A stretch of 63,636 nucleotides of DNA, the filler included, from Octopus bimaculoides (taxonomy: Eukaryota), in the NCBI RefSeq assembly GCF_001194135.2. It is 5 parts of 4 records of this genome, joined end to end, with 100 filler letters (N's around TTAATTAATTAA, not from the genome) between each part and the next. Parts side by side here need not be neighbours in the genome. Positions count along the whole stretch, not along the records: positions 12,936 to 38,777 come from NC_068983.1; 4 more parts are not named here. The stretch is one strand, 5' to 3'. The notes beneath the pieces were generated by a model. The model did no database searches, had not been told where the DNA came from, and worked only from the letters and a program-made list of their open reading frames with translations. Below, piece by piece: positions 23,790-35,256 of this stretch (position 1 is its first letter; each line of letters begins with the position of its first letter). A program made the translations under genes and the position numbers.

Positions 23790-24215
23790 GTAATCTTTCA
23801 ATTCATTTAGTGTTTTGGGATTCTTCTCAATTGCACTGGGCTGGCCATATCGTCAGAATGAGTGACGAAAGAATACCCAAAGTCCTTGATAGTGGGAACA
23901 AGAATGTTGGTCGACCATGGATCAGATGTAAGGACAAGCTGCAGAGTAACTTCTCAGCAGTGTGGATAGTTCACAACACCTTTGAGCGAACAGCCTTGGA
24001 GCGGACAAAACCTAGATCGTTGTGTCAAAACAGTATTAGAAACCTTGTTGCAACCAGCATTAACAGGCTTCGGGGTGCAAGGCCAAGGAGAAAAGCGGTT
24101 GAAAATATACCACATGCACTGACCCGTAATCGTCATACTTGTAGCATTTGTGTCCTTCTTTGCAAATCGTTGGCGGGACTTAAATGTCACATTCGACATA
24201 AGCATTATGACTGAC
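23790..24215 (+). mobile_element. RTE (BovB-like) LINE C-terminus with C2H2-like finger
   Basis: QLHWAGHIVRMSDERIPK…GRPWIRCKDKL…HTCSICVLLCKSLAGLKCHIRHKH. Confidence 0.85.
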
Positions 24216-24269
24216 AAGGAAAGAGTAGGTTGTCGGTTCCTCATACGTCAAAACCGACAGGAGAGTCCA

Positions 24270-24330
<61 letters not shown>

Positions 24331-25067
24331 ATGATTAAAATTTAAGTTTAGATAGGAGACTTTAAAATGTAGTGTACAAACCTTGTTTTGGGTAAGTCTC
24401 TAGTAGTGTGCCTTGAGAGTACGTTCACCACTTTCGGCCACCAGGCGTCATCCGCGGTTCTGCACTTTAGTTGCTGGATCTACATAAGGAATTTCTCGGT
24501 GCACGTTTAGTACATTTTAATATGTATGTATGTATGTATATATAAAGCAATGAAATAAGCATTGATAACAGCACAGAAACACTCGTTAAATGTACTGCCT
24601 TTATCACGGTCAAGTATCACGAAAATAATTTTGCGCTCAGCCCTCAAAATTAATAAATCCTGGTGAATCTGAGATCAGTTATTAAGCAATTCTAAACTTA
24701 TTTATATCAACATGATCATAAGATAGCTACAAGCCTCGCCCAGTGGAGTAACATTCGAGAAGTGTTTTCTTGGTTTCAGAATGCAAGAAATAAAAGCAAC
24801 GAAATGGTCATCTAATTGGACACCGTGGACTTTTACCTACCGCGGAGAATGACCAGTGACACTCTCTGCAACAACCATTCCACCTCGCAGGGCTCTTTTC
24901 TCTGACGGGCCGCAGTTGTACCAATTAGAAAATATCCGACGAAATTTTTTAGTAAAATTAGGAACTTTTTTCGTTAACTTTTAAGTATTGTTTTCTAGAT
25001 CTGAGATAAATAAAAACAAAATCTGCCAACATCTTGTGCAACTGCACACTTACGTTGACAAACAGTA

Positions 25068-25453
25068 CAACAGTTGTTGTTGGCACTCCGCGTCGCTTAC
25101 GACGTCGAGGGTTCCAGTTGATCCGATCAACGGAACAGCCTACTCGTGAAATTAACGTGCAAGTGGTTGAGCACTCCACAGACACGTGTACCCTTAACGT
25201 AGTTCTCGGGGATATTCAGCGTGACACAGTGTGACAAGGCTGACCCTTTGAATTACAGGCAAAACAGAAACAGGAAGTAAGAGAAAGTTGTGGTGAAAGA
25301 ATACAACAGGGTTCGTCCCCATCCCCTGCCGGAGCCTCGTGGAGCTTTAGGTGTTTTCGCCCAATAAACACTCACAACGCCCGGTCTGGGAATCGAAACC
25401 GCGATCCTATGACCGCGAGTCCGCTGCCCTAACCACTGGGCCATTGCGCCTCC
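25068..25453 (-). mobile_element. SINE family C (tRNA-derived; possibly octopus OR-type), full length
   Basis: Head GGAGGCGCAATGGCCCAGTGG (A box)…GGTTTCGATTCC (B box); tail ends GGAGTGCCAACAACAAC. Confidence 0.9.
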
Positions 25454-25982
25454 AAAGTACAATAGATGCAGAATATAAATCAGTTCTCTCCCACTTCTCC
25501 GCGTCATTGTCATCATCATCATCATCATCATCACCTTCATCATCATCATCATCATCATCACCATCATCATCATCATGAACAACAGTGACACGTGATATGT
25601 ATTTTTCTCAGCTTTTCTTCGTTTCTTTCATATTTCAAAATCTGTTCCAAGGCTATGACCTAGGCAAATATTTCTTTCTTGACATCTATTCACATGTAAA
25701 AATTGTGTAATCAGCATGAATTCCTTAATTTATAAAGGGCGTCGTCGAGTTATAATTCTTCTAGCTATCATCTGTTAGATGAATGACGAAGTGTGAGCAA
25801 CTCTGCCAATGCTTATATATTTCTAAGACACGCAACAGAATGTGACGGGAAGGATGAGCTCATATAACTGATACGATGAGAAACATCTCTCGTTCTGTGT
25901 GTGAGTGTGCGTGTGTGTGTGTGTGATTGTGTATGTGTGTGAGGGAGAGAATGTGTGTGTGTCTATCTATCTATCTATCTAC

Positions 25983-26038
<56 letters not shown>

Positions 26039-26164
26039 GATTGATAGATAAATAGATAAACAGAGAAACGGAGGACAAATCGATAGGCAGGCGGATACAT
26101 AGAAAGACAGATAGACAAACCGATAGATAGATGGATTGACAGATAAATAGATAGATAAATAGAT

Positions 26165-26340
26165 AAACCAGTTCTATATTTAAGAGATGAGGAATTATGT
26201 ACATTATTTACATTTGACGGATATTTGTCCTCATCTTGTTTGTTGTTAACACAAAGTTTCGGCTGATATACCCTCCAGCCTTCATCAGGTGTCTTGGGAA
26301 ATTTCGAACCTGGGTTCTTATTCCTAAGGTATTTTCCGAT
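26165..26340 (-). mobile_element. PLE pLTR-like segment containing a hammerhead ribozyme (core 26248-26293)
   Basis: Minus strand: GACAC-CUGAUGA-A-GGCUG(gaggguauau)CAGCC-GAAAC-UUU/GUGUU. Stems I and II are intact; the stem III palindrome is broken by one base. Confidence 0.7.
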
Positions 26341-26356
26341 GTTGTTGTTGTTGTTG

Positions 26357-26395
<39 letters not shown>

Positions 26396-26396
<1 letters not shown>

Positions 26397-26532
26397 GGTC
26401 ACCGCCTAGAATCGAACTCGGAATCTTGGGGTTAGTATCCCGCGCTCTTAACCACTACGCCATATGCCCGTGGGCATATGGCGTAGTGGCTACTAATCTC
26501 AAGATTCCGAGTTCGCTTGTAGGCGGTGACCT
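26396..26532. mobile_element. Head-to-head pair of tRNA-like SINE heads forming a palindrome
   Basis: The left arm (minus strand) has A box TGGCGTAGTGG and B box GAGTTCGATTC. The right arm is the same sequence with a ~13-nt deletion. Centre is CCC-GT-GGG at 26467-26474; both arms continue into (AAT)n-(AAC)n-ATCG.AAAATACC. Confidence 0.85.
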
Positions 26533-26577
26533 GAATAATAATAATAATAATAATAATAACAACAACATCGAAAAATA

Positions 26578-26750
26578 CCACAATCAAATGTGTAGATCAT
26601 TCAAACATTACTTGAGAAGATAGTGGACATTTATAGTTGTATTTGATGAAAGGCATACTTCTATAACTCTACCTGCGACTGGTGAACGCATCTATATAAA
26701 ATCGCGAAATTTTCCAATAAATATAAAGGACTCAGAATTTGAGTAGTTAT
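26578..26750 (+). mobile_element. Second PLE ORF N-terminus fossil
   Basis: Aligns with 20290-20420: CAATCAAATGTG…AACATTACTTGA.AAGATAGTGGAC…TGATGAAAGGCATACTTCTAT.ACTCTAC.TGCGACT. Confidence 0.7.
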
Positions 26751-26792
26751 CGATGTTTGTGTGCAAAAATTTCCAGCAAAACTCACCCATAT

Positions 26793-26887
<95 letters not shown>

Positions 26888-27129
26888 TGAAAGGTGAGCT
26901 GGGTATCCAGTGTTTTTCCTCAGTCGGCACTCCTGTGAATATCAGCTAAAAGAATGTTTAGAAAAGAACAGCACTTCAGTAGAATCAAGTGTTTCACACA
27001 AACTAAAAATCCAGAACGTTTTCTGTCATGGCGTATAAGATAACAAACAAGAAAAGAGACGCTGGTATCAACTATTCCACAAAGAAATGAATGTGATACC
27101 AGTACCTCCAATCTTCTACTTGTCTTGTT

Positions 27130-27270
27130 GTGGTTGGCACTCCGTCGGTTGCGACGACGACGAGGGTTCCAGTTGATCCGATCAGCGGAACAGCCTGCTC
27201 GTGAAANNNNNNNNNNGGGAATCGAAACCGCGAGTCCGCTGCCCTAACCACTTGGCCATTGCGCCTCCAT
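27130..27270 (-). mobile_element. SINE family C, internally gapped or deleted copy
   Basis: Tail and head match 25068-25453 on either side of a 10-N gap. Confidence 0.8.
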
Positions 27271-27392
27271 TGTAAAGTATGTACACCGAATTTTAGTCAA
27301 TATTATTGTATTTATAGTCTGTACATATATATCTATGTATACATGCATATGCTCATATATCATTTGTATTATATATATATATGTGTGTGTGT

Positions 27393-27805
27393 AGGCGCAG
27401 GATTGGTTGTGTAGCATGAAACTTACTTCCCAACCACATGGTTCCGGGTTCAGTCCTACTGCGTGGTACTTTGGGCAAGCGTCTTCTACTATAGCCTCGG
27501 ACCGACCAAAGCTTTGTGAATGGATTTGGTAAACGAAAACTGAAAGAAGTCCGTTCTATGTATGTATGTATGTATGTATGTATGTATGTATGTATGTATG
27601 TATGTATGTATTTGTCCCCTTTCACCATCCCTTGACAACTGATGTTGGTGTGTTTACGTCCCCGTAACTTAGCGGTTCGGAAAAGAGACCGATAGAATAA
27701 GTACTAAGTTTACAAAGAATAAATCCTGTGGTCGATTTATTCAACTAAAAAGCGGTGCTCCAGCATGGCCGCAGACAAATGACTAAAACAAGCAAAAGTG
27801 TAAAA
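27393..27805 (+). mobile_element. SINE family A with internal (TATG)n
   Basis: Colinear with the 12945 and 19650 copies. Confidence 0.9.
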
Positions 27806-27888
<83 letters not shown>

Positions 27889-27899
27889 ATTCGAAACCG

Positions 27900-28075
27900 A
27901 TAAGTCCTAGGAGTAGAGGGCCTCCCATCAGTGAAATCAATAAAACAGAATACTGAATCAGAGCTGAAAAACAGGGACTCAACTGGAGAGAAGCAGAAAA
28001 GACAACCAAGTCGACAGCAGTGGAGAAAAGTTATCGATGGCCAATGCTTCATAGAGAGCGAGGGGCTTAAGTAAG
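27900..28075 (+). mobile_element. RTE LINE extreme 3' end
   Basis: EKQGLNWREAEKT../RQQWRKVIDGQCFIESEGLK* followed by a (TAAG) tail. Confidence 0.65.
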
Positions 28076-28379
28076 AGTGACTATGTAAAGATTCTTGGCT
28101 TACAAAATATATTTTATACGGAAACATAAAATTATACATCGCATATATGGATGTAGAAAATAAAAATTAAACTGTTAATAATTCAATTCTATGTGAATGA
28201 ATAATTCGACGTAGCCAGCAATCTTGTCTTTCATGAAGGCCCAAACTCAACAAAGAAGTTCTGTATAATAGACTGCACTCAGACGTTGTTTATTTATCAA
28301 ATAAGATCAGAATCGTTATCTGTGACCTACAGAGTAATTCTGTACATGGGTACAGCTGTGTAATCAGTAGAACAGCTAG

Positions 28380-28560
28380 GGTGAAGGCAGAGCGGGTGGA
28401 GCGCCGAATGAGGGGTGAGAGGAGCGGAGGGCGGGGAGGTGACCCAATCCGGACGACGCTTTTATTGGAGCGGCATTTTCGAGTCTGCTGTATAAGCTTG
28501 TATACGATGTTTACCGTGGAATAGGGCGGAAAACGCAAGGACTGCCTCGAATGGCACACA
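28380..28560. promoter_or_regulatory. GC-rich patch with GC box and CCAAT boxes
   Basis: GAGGGCGGGGAGG, CCAATC, ATTGG and TAGGGCGGA within ~180 bp in an AT-rich background. Confidence 0.3.
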
Positions 28561-28989
28561 CTCTAACTACGCCACTGTGTGTTGTAAACAATTTCGTTTC
28601 GCAACATGGTCTCGGTTTCAGTCCCTTTGCGCAGAACCTGGAATAGGTACCTTCAACTTTACTCTCAGATCCTTAAATGGAATTTAATGAATAGGACCTG
28701 TATCTGTTGCAGGAATCGTTCCTGTTATTGGGTGACACTCCACTGGTTTAACACCACCATCTAGTACTTGTGTGCCGTTAGCAGATTAGAATCTGTTACA
28801 AACGTTCAAGTCAGATGTTCTGTCTGAGGATAAATTCCTCCTTTGCTTCCACCAATCTTTGAGGCCCTGCAAAGAATCACGGACGCTGCCTTCCCTTTTC
28901 TGACTAAACCCTAAAACAGTTCAAGTCTCAGTACCAGATCCCGTCATCTTGGATAGCTACATTAGTTGTGTCACAATTTAGTTACATCC

Positions 28990-29190
28990 TCCAGTCCAGT
29001 ACGTATAGCTCTTTCTGCATGTAGTTATACATATAGCTACGCATATAGCTACGCATACAGCTGTACACATGGCTGCGCATGTAGTTATACATATAGTTCT
29101 GCATATGGCTATGTAGTTATACACATTGCTACGTATATAGTTAAGCTATGCATATAGTTATACACATAGTTTATGGATATAACTACGCAT
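28990..29190. repeat. Degenerate ~12-bp minisatellite (GCATATAGCTAC-like)
   Basis: Repeated GCATATAG[C/T]TA[C/T] units are visible. Confidence 0.8.
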
Positions 29191-29231
29191 AATAAAAAAT
29201 ATTTATTAGAGACAGAGGCAGTATTAATACT

Positions 29232-29632
29232 GGGAATTAATATTTATCCCCACCTAAACGCAGATGTTCTATAAGAACAAACTATATTTCCGTAGTTGCT
29301 ATGAGGAAAAACTCCCGTATTGCCTTTTGGTGCAAAATGCGCTCGTGTTTATATCGCTAGCGGGGAGGTAAATGCCCGCCACCTCCAGCGCCGAGACCAG
29401 CTGATCACATGATTTTGACCTTCCTTGGTCTTGTTAATGATGGACGCTCGACCGCTAGAGGGAGCAGTAATTCATCAGCACTGGACGTGGCGGAGATTTA
29501 TTTCTCCTCTAGTGATATAAATAAGAGGGCATTTTGCACCAAAAGCCAATATGAGAGTTCCTCTCAAGTTATCTACCGCAGTATAGTTTGTTCTCACAGA
29601 ACATCCACGTTTAAATAGGAATAAATATTACC
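29232..29632. mobile_element. Fold-back MITE with ~160-bp imperfect TIRs
   Basis: Left TAAACGCAGATGTTCTATAAGAACAAACTATA…TTTTGGTGCAAAATGC pairs with right GCATTTTGCACCAAAAG…TATAGTTTGTTCTCACAGAACATCCACGTTTA. Confidence 0.85.
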
Positions 29633-29814
29633 TCTAATTTACATGATTGTCAAACCCTTGTATCGTTTTACAACTCTTTCCTGCATATGCCATTTCCACC
29701 CAAGAGGATAAACAATATTGCTAAATAGATCAGAAGTGTCAAATACGTGGCCCACGAGTCGGATCCGACCGGCTGCAATTTTAAGTCTGGCCTCCCGGTT
29801 CAGTTTTATATTAT

Positions 29815-30030
29815 TCTTCTTTGTTTTTTACTTGTTTCAATCATTTGATTGCAGCCATGCTGGAGCACCACCTTTGGTCGGACAAATCGACTCCAGGACT
29901 TATTCTTTGTAAGCCTAGTACTTATTCTATCCGCCTCTATTGCTGAACCGCTAAGTTACGGGAACGTAAGCACACCAACGTGGGTTTTCAAGCGATGGTG
30001 GGTTAGAGAAACTCAGATACACAAATACAT
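29815..30030 (-). mobile_element. SINE family A 3' half
   Basis: Reverse complement of the family A tail. Confidence 0.85.
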
Positions 30031-30629
30031 ACATACACACATACATACATACATATGAGAGAGAGAGAGAGAGTGAGACTGTATTTCCTCATAGCATATA
30101 GAAAAATTGATGTCTTTTAATGCAATTTTTGGGGGTTGTGGCTTATTTTAATACAATATCTATGTATACATTTTCATAAATGTTTGTCTGACTAGAATTC
30201 TATGCACGTGTGAAACATCGGACGAAAGTGATACGATAGAAGCAAATCAAAATATTGTCCGAAAATGAACTCAAAATTGTGCGACCCAGCCCAGTTGTCG
30301 AGGTTATTTTAGTTGTAAAAAAGAGTTGTTGAGTTAAAAACATAGTTTATTTGGTAGATAGATAATAAGCAGTTTTCTTTATTATAATACACATGTGACT
30401 AATTCGGAGAAACATCACTTTCATTATTCACACATCGTCACTCTCGTAATGCAACACTTTGTAATTTTGGTTCAAATTGAAAGTGTGACATTATTTTCAT
30501 TTTGTAATGAAAGCTGGTCGTTGTAGAGAAGTATATTTGAAATAACTATAGCTGGTTATTGAGATAAGTAGAAAATATGTAAATGAAAAGGAAGTTTATT
30601 TGACATGTGTAATTGATTTGATTGTTTTT

Positions 30630-30833
30630 GAAGGCGGCGATCTGGCAGAATCGTTAGCATGCCGGGCAAAATGCTTGGGCGGTACTTCACCTGTTCAAAT
30701 GCCACCGAGGTCAACTTTGTCTTTCATCCTTTCGGGGTCAATAAATTAAGTACCAGTGAGACACTGGGGTCGATGTAATCGACTGGTCCTCTCCCCCCGA
30801 AATTTCAGGTCTTGTGCCTATAGTAGAAAGGAT
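30630..30833 (+). mobile_element. SINE family B (Meta-domain-like)
   Basis: GGCGGCGATCTGGCAGAATCGTTAGC…GAGGTCAACTTTGTCTTTCATCCTTTCGGGGTCAATAAATTAAGTACCAG. Confidence 0.9.
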
Positions 30834-30834
30834 T

Positions 30835-31165
30835 TGGTTGTTCTGGTCTTAACATCAGTTGGTAAGAATAGAAGTCATTTGATGACACTCTTTTGTTTGT
30901 AAATGGCTGTCCTGTTGCAGGTTCAACCCAAGGAATATTGAAATAAAACCCATCTTGTCCATTCAACTGAATAATATTATACTGGAGAGCATCATAAGAG
31001 GAATGAGTCTGTGAAACACGTTTAAGGTTGTTATCTTGAACACGAATGAAAATATCATGATTTTCAATGGGATCACCAAACATAAGGATGGCTACTTCAT
31101 TAGATGTAGGCTCATTAAAACAGCATAAATGTTCTTTACTATAGTTTACTATAGACATAACGAAC
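30835..31165 (-). mobile_element. Helitron Rep protein fragment
   Basis: FNEPTSNEVAILMFGD…HDIFIRVQDNNLKRVSQTHSSYDALQY…GQDGFYFNIP…VSSNDFYSYQLMLR is the conserved segment upstream of the Helitron Rep domain (YN.PT..EVA; H..YD.LQYP; FY.YRLM.R). Confidence 0.9.
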
Positions 31166-31169
31166 GCAG

Positions 31170-31261
<92 letters not shown>

Positions 31262-31861
31262 TTGATAATATTGAAAACAGCAAAGCGTACTCACACGGAG
31301 TTCAAACGAAATGTAGTCAATATAGGTGCAAAACATACTTTCTGTAGCATAGTTATGCTATAAAAAAATAGTAAATCACCAATTTAGCAAAAGTTAATAT
31401 GCGTCAGCAATGTAAGAAAGTATAGACAGTCAACATTTATTTGGAACATGTACTAAATGTTATAAAATTCACGATTGAATGAATGTGAAGAAAGTGAAAG
31501 TGCAAGAAGATTCAGAAGGCATGAATCAATTTTTTATATAAAAATAATTAATTTTACAATTTTGAAACGAACATTGAACCAAGTGTATAAAAAGGAAGAT
31601 GCTGTTTTTGAACTGTGTAACATTATAGGCTGTAGAATAGATACTGAGTAACGCAGTTAAAAGGTTGTGCGACGTTGATACTCACAGTGGTGAAGAATAC
31701 TGTTAAAAAAATATTATCTTGAAACTGGTTAGAAGGAGTGGAATAACATTTCTGTGATTATAGTGAAAGAGCCGCTGAGGCTTTCTACTTCTCCAAGTTT
31801 CCGAATTTGTTATAATAACCAGAACAATATATTCTTTTAGATATATATTTTTTATTTATGC

Positions 31862-32160
31862 ACTCTTTTCAAGCCTAGCCAGGCTCATGGGCCCGGTTTC
31901 CCGATTTCTGTGGCGTATGTGTTCCCCCCAGCTGGACGGGACGCCAGTCCATCGCAGCGTTGATCAAGAAACAGGAAGAAAGAGTGAGAGAAAGTTGTAG
32001 CGAAAGGGTACAACAGGGGTCGCTGCCACCCTCTGCCGGAGCCTCGTGGAGCTTTAGGTGTTTTCGCTCAATAAACACTCACAACGTCCGGTCTGGGAAT
32101 CGAAACCGCGATCCTCCGACCGCGAGTCCGCTGCCCCAATCACTGGGCCATTGCGCCTCC
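31862..32160 (-). mobile_element. SINE family C head with an alternative 3' tail
   Basis: Head and body match 25068-25453 up to CTTCCTGTTTCT; the tail is GCTGCGATGGACTGGCGTCCCGTCCAGCTGGG…. Confidence 0.85.
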
Positions 32161-32821
32161 ACTTTAGATATATATGCGAGGCAAATCTTCATGAAAGGGA
32201 ACGTTGTTCTTTGCTGGAAGTCCAGGCCGCAAGTAAACTTTCGATATCGGCGCATTTCACAGATGGTGGTGGTGGGTTACATACATAAACTAAGAGACAC
32301 ACACGCACACGTACATTAACGCACACATGAAGCCTATCTCTGTCCCTGTGTGTGCCTGTCTCTGTCTTTAGATGTGTGTGTGTGTGTGTGTGTGTGAGTC
32401 GTCACAAGAATGTATGTATACTGACAGACACATACACCGTCACACATATACTTGTCAGTCATCGGTATAACGTAGGTAATGAACGTTCAAACACACTCAT
32501 ATAGAAAAATGTGACGTCATCGTCATTTTGGTGGTGATACAAAATGTCGTTTACGATAAGTAACTAAAAGAAAACTGATAATGTTAAATTTTTGTAATGC
32601 AAATATGTGAATGAAAATATAGTTTAGTTGGTAGCCAAAAGCTTACTGAATCTTTTGATACTCCTTACGTCAAAATCGGCAACTCGGTTTTGGAATACAT
32701 AAGGAAAACACGCACACACACACACACACGCACACGCACACGCACACACATACATACAAAGTCTCTTTTATAGTTATAGATCAATATATATGTATGTATA
32801 TATGTACATATGTATCGTATG

Positions 32822-32852
<31 letters not shown>

Positions 32853-33021
32853 TGAAATGTTTTTTCGAACGAGACAGCGTATGTTAACTGTTGCTTAAAA
32901 CGTACATAACAGCATGTATCTCCACCTTCTAATCGAATATTAAGCATAATTTATTCTCAGATTTTTCTTTTGTATAATGTACATTTGAATGAATTACAGT
33001 GCATATATATATATCCAAGAT

Positions 33022-33350
33022 CAGAACAAAACAGGAGATTCGGTTAAACTTTTTATTATAATATCACTAATGTAATCTTTACACGTGTTTTACTTGTGAA
33101 TAGCAGTACGCCATTTTGTAATCATTGGTAGTTCTCAGTCTGGCTCTACCTACCAACTGACCTTGGTAACTAACAATAGATTAATTAGTCTTTTCTTCCG
33201 ATGATCTGGCGTTCCGAGGTGATTATGCAACTAGTCTATGGAACAGTTACCGCGTGGCATAGCAGTACACGTTAACGAAACACGTGTACAAATTATATAT
33301 CTATCATGTTATAATAAAAAGGTTAACCGAATCTCCCATTTTATTCTATT
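33022..33350. mobile_element. MITE with ~60-bp imperfect TIRs
   Basis: GGAGATTCGGTTAAACTTTTTATTATAA … TTATAATAAAAAGGTTAACCGAATCTCC. Confidence 0.8.
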
Positions 33351-33902
33351 CTCAGACACATATATATGTATAAATATATGATATCGAAGACGAGAAAAAT
33401 CGTAACATCTGTGGGATTCGAACGCTTTCTCTGTTGCAAACCTTATAAGCTATGTTATCCACTACACAAGAACAGCAGCAGGTCTTTGACCGTCCAATTT
33501 AGATTTAAGCTAACCAGCTAAGATTACACATACCAACGACCTGTCAACGGGGATCTCAATCCACACATTACCGAGGTGTGTGGTATTATATATATATATA
33601 TATATATATNNNNNNNNNNNNNNNNNNNNNNNNNNNNNNNNNNNNNNNNNNNNNNNNNNNNNNNNNNNNNNNNNNNNNNNNNNNNNNNNNNNNNNNNNNN
33701 NNNNNNNNNNNNNNNNNNNNNNNNNNNNNNNNNNNNNNNNNNNNNNNNNNNNNNNNNNNNNNNNNNNNNNNNNNNNNNNNNNNNNNNNNNNNNNNNNNNN
33801 NNNNNNNNNNNNNNNNNNNNNNNNNNNNNNNNNNNNNNNNNNNNNNNNNNNNNNNNNNNNNNNNNNNNNNNNNNNNNNNNNNNNNNNNNNNNNNNNNNNN
33901 NN

Positions 33903-33951
<49 letters not shown>

Positions 33952-34407
33952 CGTTATCTGTAACCTCAATTAACCTCAATGGAAACTCTGTAAAAAGTGT
34001 TCTGTTTTTCTTATCAGTCATACAACAAATTGGTGGTTTGGCTTTTGAGTGGACGTTTCTCTTATCATTTTCGAAGAATGAGTAATGTGTTGTGGTAGGG
34101 TTCTTAGATGTTTGCTTTATCGTCTGAGCCGTAGAATCGAAATCGTGAACACGTGTATAATGTATGTATTCATGCACAGAGTTTCGTTTCTACAGTTCAA
34201 ATGTACTCACATATACAAAAATGAGTAATATGTTGTTTTGCTCTAGAACGGAGCTTAATCGAGCAAACCTATAATAAAGACAATCCGGTTAAGATAATCC
34301 AGTATTCTTTTTTTTTCTCTTAGGAACGGTTCATCCAGAATCTGTTCTATGATGGTAGTGTGAATTGGCTAGTATTTCAAGCCTGTAGACTCCCTTATTC
34401 GCTTGCA

Positions 34408-34472
<65 letters not shown>

Positions 34473-34534
34473 GCCTGCCCGTCTGCCTACCAACCTGTCA
34501 GTTTCTCTCCTATGTATGTATGTATGTATGTATG

Positions 34535-34565
<31 letters not shown>

Positions 34566-35256
34566 AGTAGATAGGGATAAAATATCCAGGGTACCGCATG
34601 GAGCACTAAGTTATAATTCGGGCTCAGGCTAACCGCATCGAGTTGCAAGGAGCACCTAGGATTAGATAGGGTGAGTAATCACTCTGCAGTTCATCCGATC
34701 TTGGGTCCACTTCGTTGGATTATGAATATTTTACTGAGTGCATAGCCAAAACAATTACAATTAATACGGAGATTAGTACATATGCATTTTTTAAATATTT
34801 CTACAGTCAATTATACAGCATATTACATTTAAATTACAATTTTTTTTTTTTTTTACCAAAAATCATATAAATTTAATTTGGAATATCTCAATAAAATGAA
34901 ATACTACTTGCTTATTAAAGTCCCGTTTTATAGAAATTTAGTGACAGCTAAATTTTCCAGATAGGAATGAGTTATGTTCTAAACAGTAAAGTGGCGTAAC
35001 TTTCTCTGTTGCACAATTATTCTTGCATTGTAGTTTTATATAAAAATTTATTGTCGAGGGCAAAATCTTACGTGGTACTACGGTTCTCGTATAAGAACTC
35101 AGTAGCTTTAGGTTGATACTATTTAGTATATGTCAACAAGAAAAGGTAAAATATATTTTGCATTTTTATTTGAAATTTTCGGTACCTCCACAGTGGTTCT
35201 GAAACCATTGCCAAGCGTAAGTATTCATAACACGAGATTGGATTTTATTTTTTTTA

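Noticed and set aside
26396-26469. Possible genuine tRNA gene
   Set aside because: Acceptor stem does not pair, there is no proper terminator, and it runs into (AAT)n; this is a SINE head.
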